From Polyangiaceae bacterium (GTDB lineage: Bacteria; Myxococcota_A; Polyangia; Polyangiales; Polyangiaceae): DNA of 19,024 nucleotides. Under the pieces are notes generated by a model that did no database searches, was not told the DNA's origin, and was given only the letters and a program-made list of their open reading frames with translations. Location: positions 1 to 19,024 of the forward strand of contig JBGANF010000144.1 of the NCBI GenBank assembly GCA_044222475.1. The letters run 5' to 3'. Shown in pieces: positions 17,792 through 19,024 of the stretch; the stretch's first letter is position 1; each line of letters begins with the position of its first letter. Position numbers and translations under genes: made by a program.

Positions 17792-18043
17792 AAGCGATTG
17801 GGCCTCCGTTGGCGCGCGCCCGAGCGCACTTGCCAAGCCATCGACGACTTCGCGGATGACGCCGGCTTCGAGCAAGTATCGGTATCCAGCTAGGTCCTCC
17901 GGTGCGACCGAGCCGTGCAGCTCGACACGCACCTCGGTATCCAGGCCGACGTCGGAAGCGTTCGCCGGCACATACACCACGTCGTCCGGCTCGTACGCCT
18001 CGGGCCTGCGGAGGATGTCTGAAAGAGGGATCAGCGCAGCCAC
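17723..18043 (-). CDS. Small acidic hypothetical protein (106 aa) ending in a YYAENDAF motif
   Basis: Protein-like composition and codon bias; GTG start overlaps the Uma2 3' end by 13 nt. Confidence 0.7.
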   Translation of the reverse strand: MAALIPLSDILRRPEAYEPDDVVYVPANASDVGLDTEVRVELHGSVAPEDLAGYRYLLEAGVIREVVDGLASALGRAPTEAQSLRAVLYYAENDAFPDMQIVFGPD

Positions 18044-18594
18044 AGCACTCCGAGGTCCAGCTCGATCGCATCGAACGGCACCGCGCGAATCGTGACTTCG
18101 CCCGAATGAACGTCGAGCACACGATACCCCTTCGGCTCGTGGACGAGGATCTCGAGTGTCTTCGCTTCAGGATCCACGAACCAAAGGTGGCTCACGCCAT
18201 GCGCGTGGTAGACCTTGCCCTTGTCGCCGCGGTCGAAGCCGGCGGTGCTCGGCGACAGGACCTCGCACACCCAATCGGGCGCGAGCTCGAACCACGCCTT
18301 GTCGACCGGCATCTCGGGCATGCGCTCGCGTCGCCAGCCCGCGAGGTCGGGCGCGACGACGTCTTCGCCGAGGTGAATCTCTGGCTCGTCGAGAATGACC
18401 CATCCACCGGGACCGCCCCGGCCACGTTTGAAGGGTGGGCCGAGCTCCTCACCGAGGGTCGTCGCCGCCTGCGCGTGCTTCGGCGCGGGACGTGGATGCG
18501 CATGCAGAACGCCGTCGACGATTTGGCCGGTCACGTTCGCGGGAAGAGCGAGAAGATCCTCGTACGTGGCTCTTCGCGACGAGCGGGCGACCAT
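18031..18594 (-). CDS. Uma2 family (PD-(D/E)xK) putative endonuclease (187 aa)
   Basis: ATYEDLLALP..QIVDGVL..PRPAPKH, EPEIHL, APDLAGWRRER, APDWVCEVLSPST, K..Y..HGV.HLWFVDP. Start ATG 18594, not 18825. Confidence 0.93.
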   Translation of the reverse strand: MVARSSRRATYEDLLALPANVTGQIVDGVLHAHPRPAPKHAQAATTLGEELGPPFKRGRGGPGGWVILDEPEIHLGEDVVAPDLAGWRRERMPEMPVDKAWFELAPDWVCEVLSPSTAGFDRGDKGKVYHAHGVSHLWFVDPEAKTLEILVHEPKGYRVLDVHSGEVTIRAVPFDAIELDLGVLWLR

Positions 18595-18737
18595 GCACAC
18601 GAGGATAGCACCGGAGCTCGTGCTAGACCGAACCTCGACGCGCTCCTTCGCTCTCGCCGCCGCGTTCGTCGTCGACGGAACCTGCAGCAGCGATCGAGAC
18701 TGCGGACGCGGCAGTTGCCGCAACGGCAAGTGCGAGG

Positions 18738-18866
18738 GAGAGAACAGGAAGGACAGAAGAACGGGAAGGTCAGAGGGGCGTGCGCGCTCGGCAAGCCATC
18801 GGCGCGGGTCTGGCATTGGGGACACTCCCCAAATTCTTCCCGTCCTTCCGCCCTTCCTGTTCTCTC
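18738..18866 (-). repeat. 31-bp imperfect inverted repeat enclosing a 67-nt loop with an inner hairpin
   Basis: Arms 18738-18768 and 18836-18866 match at 28/31; inner TTGGGGA-CAC-TCCCCAA at 18816-18832. Confidence 0.85.
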
Positions 18867-18889
18867 TCTCCGAGAGACCAGAGCGTGCG

Positions 18890-19024
18890 TCAGGGCTTCA
18901 CGATCGTCGTACCCGCCGGCGGCGTGAAGACGAACTGCGTCGCCGGTACCGGCTGGTTCACCACCGGCGCAGCGAAGTCGAAGCGGTTGCGGTTGCCCTG
19001 ACCGTCGAGGATGAGCACGCGCCG
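18890..19024 (-). CDS. lolA: C-terminal 44 aa of outer-membrane lipoprotein carrier LolA (not in the ORF track; 5' part outside the window)
   Basis: Manual translation RRVLILDGQGNRNRFDFAAPVVNQPVPATQFVFTPPAGTTIVKP-stop fits the LolA C-terminal pattern DxxGN...F...N......FxFxPPxG. Confidence 0.8.
   Translation of the reverse strand, partial: RRVLILDGQGNRNRFDFAAPVVNQPVPATQFVFTPPAGTTIVKP

Noticed and set aside
13705..18594. Methyltransferase and Uma2 as a restriction-modification pair
   Set aside because: About 3 kb apart with unrelated opposite-strand genes between; Uma2 genes are abundant stand-alone genes in myxobacteria.

Overview
High-GC (roughly 70% by eye) bacterial chromosomal segment. 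Gene content points to Myxococcota, probably Polyangiaceae/Labilithrix-like (inference): a membrane Ser/Thr kinase with HRDxTPHN, 'DAG'-linker Cys-rich lipoproteins, Uma2 and an ECF sigma factor. About 20 genuine CDSs are present, two cut by the window edges; most long ORFs in the supplied track are antisense or off-frame shadows. Recognisable products: Ser/Thr kinase, HD-domain tRNA nucleotidyltransferase, alginate-export-type beta-barrel, YcbK/DUF882 peptidase, ECF sigma, lysophospholipase, Aur1-like PAP2 enzyme, 2Fe-2S ferredoxin, orphan SPPY amino-methyltransferase, beta-propeller lipoprotein, Uma2 nuclease and the 3' end of lolA. No rRNA, tRNA, CRISPR array, integrase or transposase was seen. 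The most unusual signals are: (1) a 372-bp fold-back array of 30 ACG-core hexamers facing 30 CGT-core hexamer slots between convergent genes; (2) a 31-bp inverted-repeat element whose three mismatches are all G-U on the lolA/Uma2 strand, abutting a cryptic Cys-rich mini-ORF; (3) a lipoprotein with a clan-CD-like His/Cys dyad behind a repeat-rich promoter region; (4) a coupled zinc-ribbon membrane protein / methyltransferase / ferredoxin operon; (5) an exact 140-bp tandem duplication that may be an assembly artefact. Family names come from motif recognition only; no database search was run.
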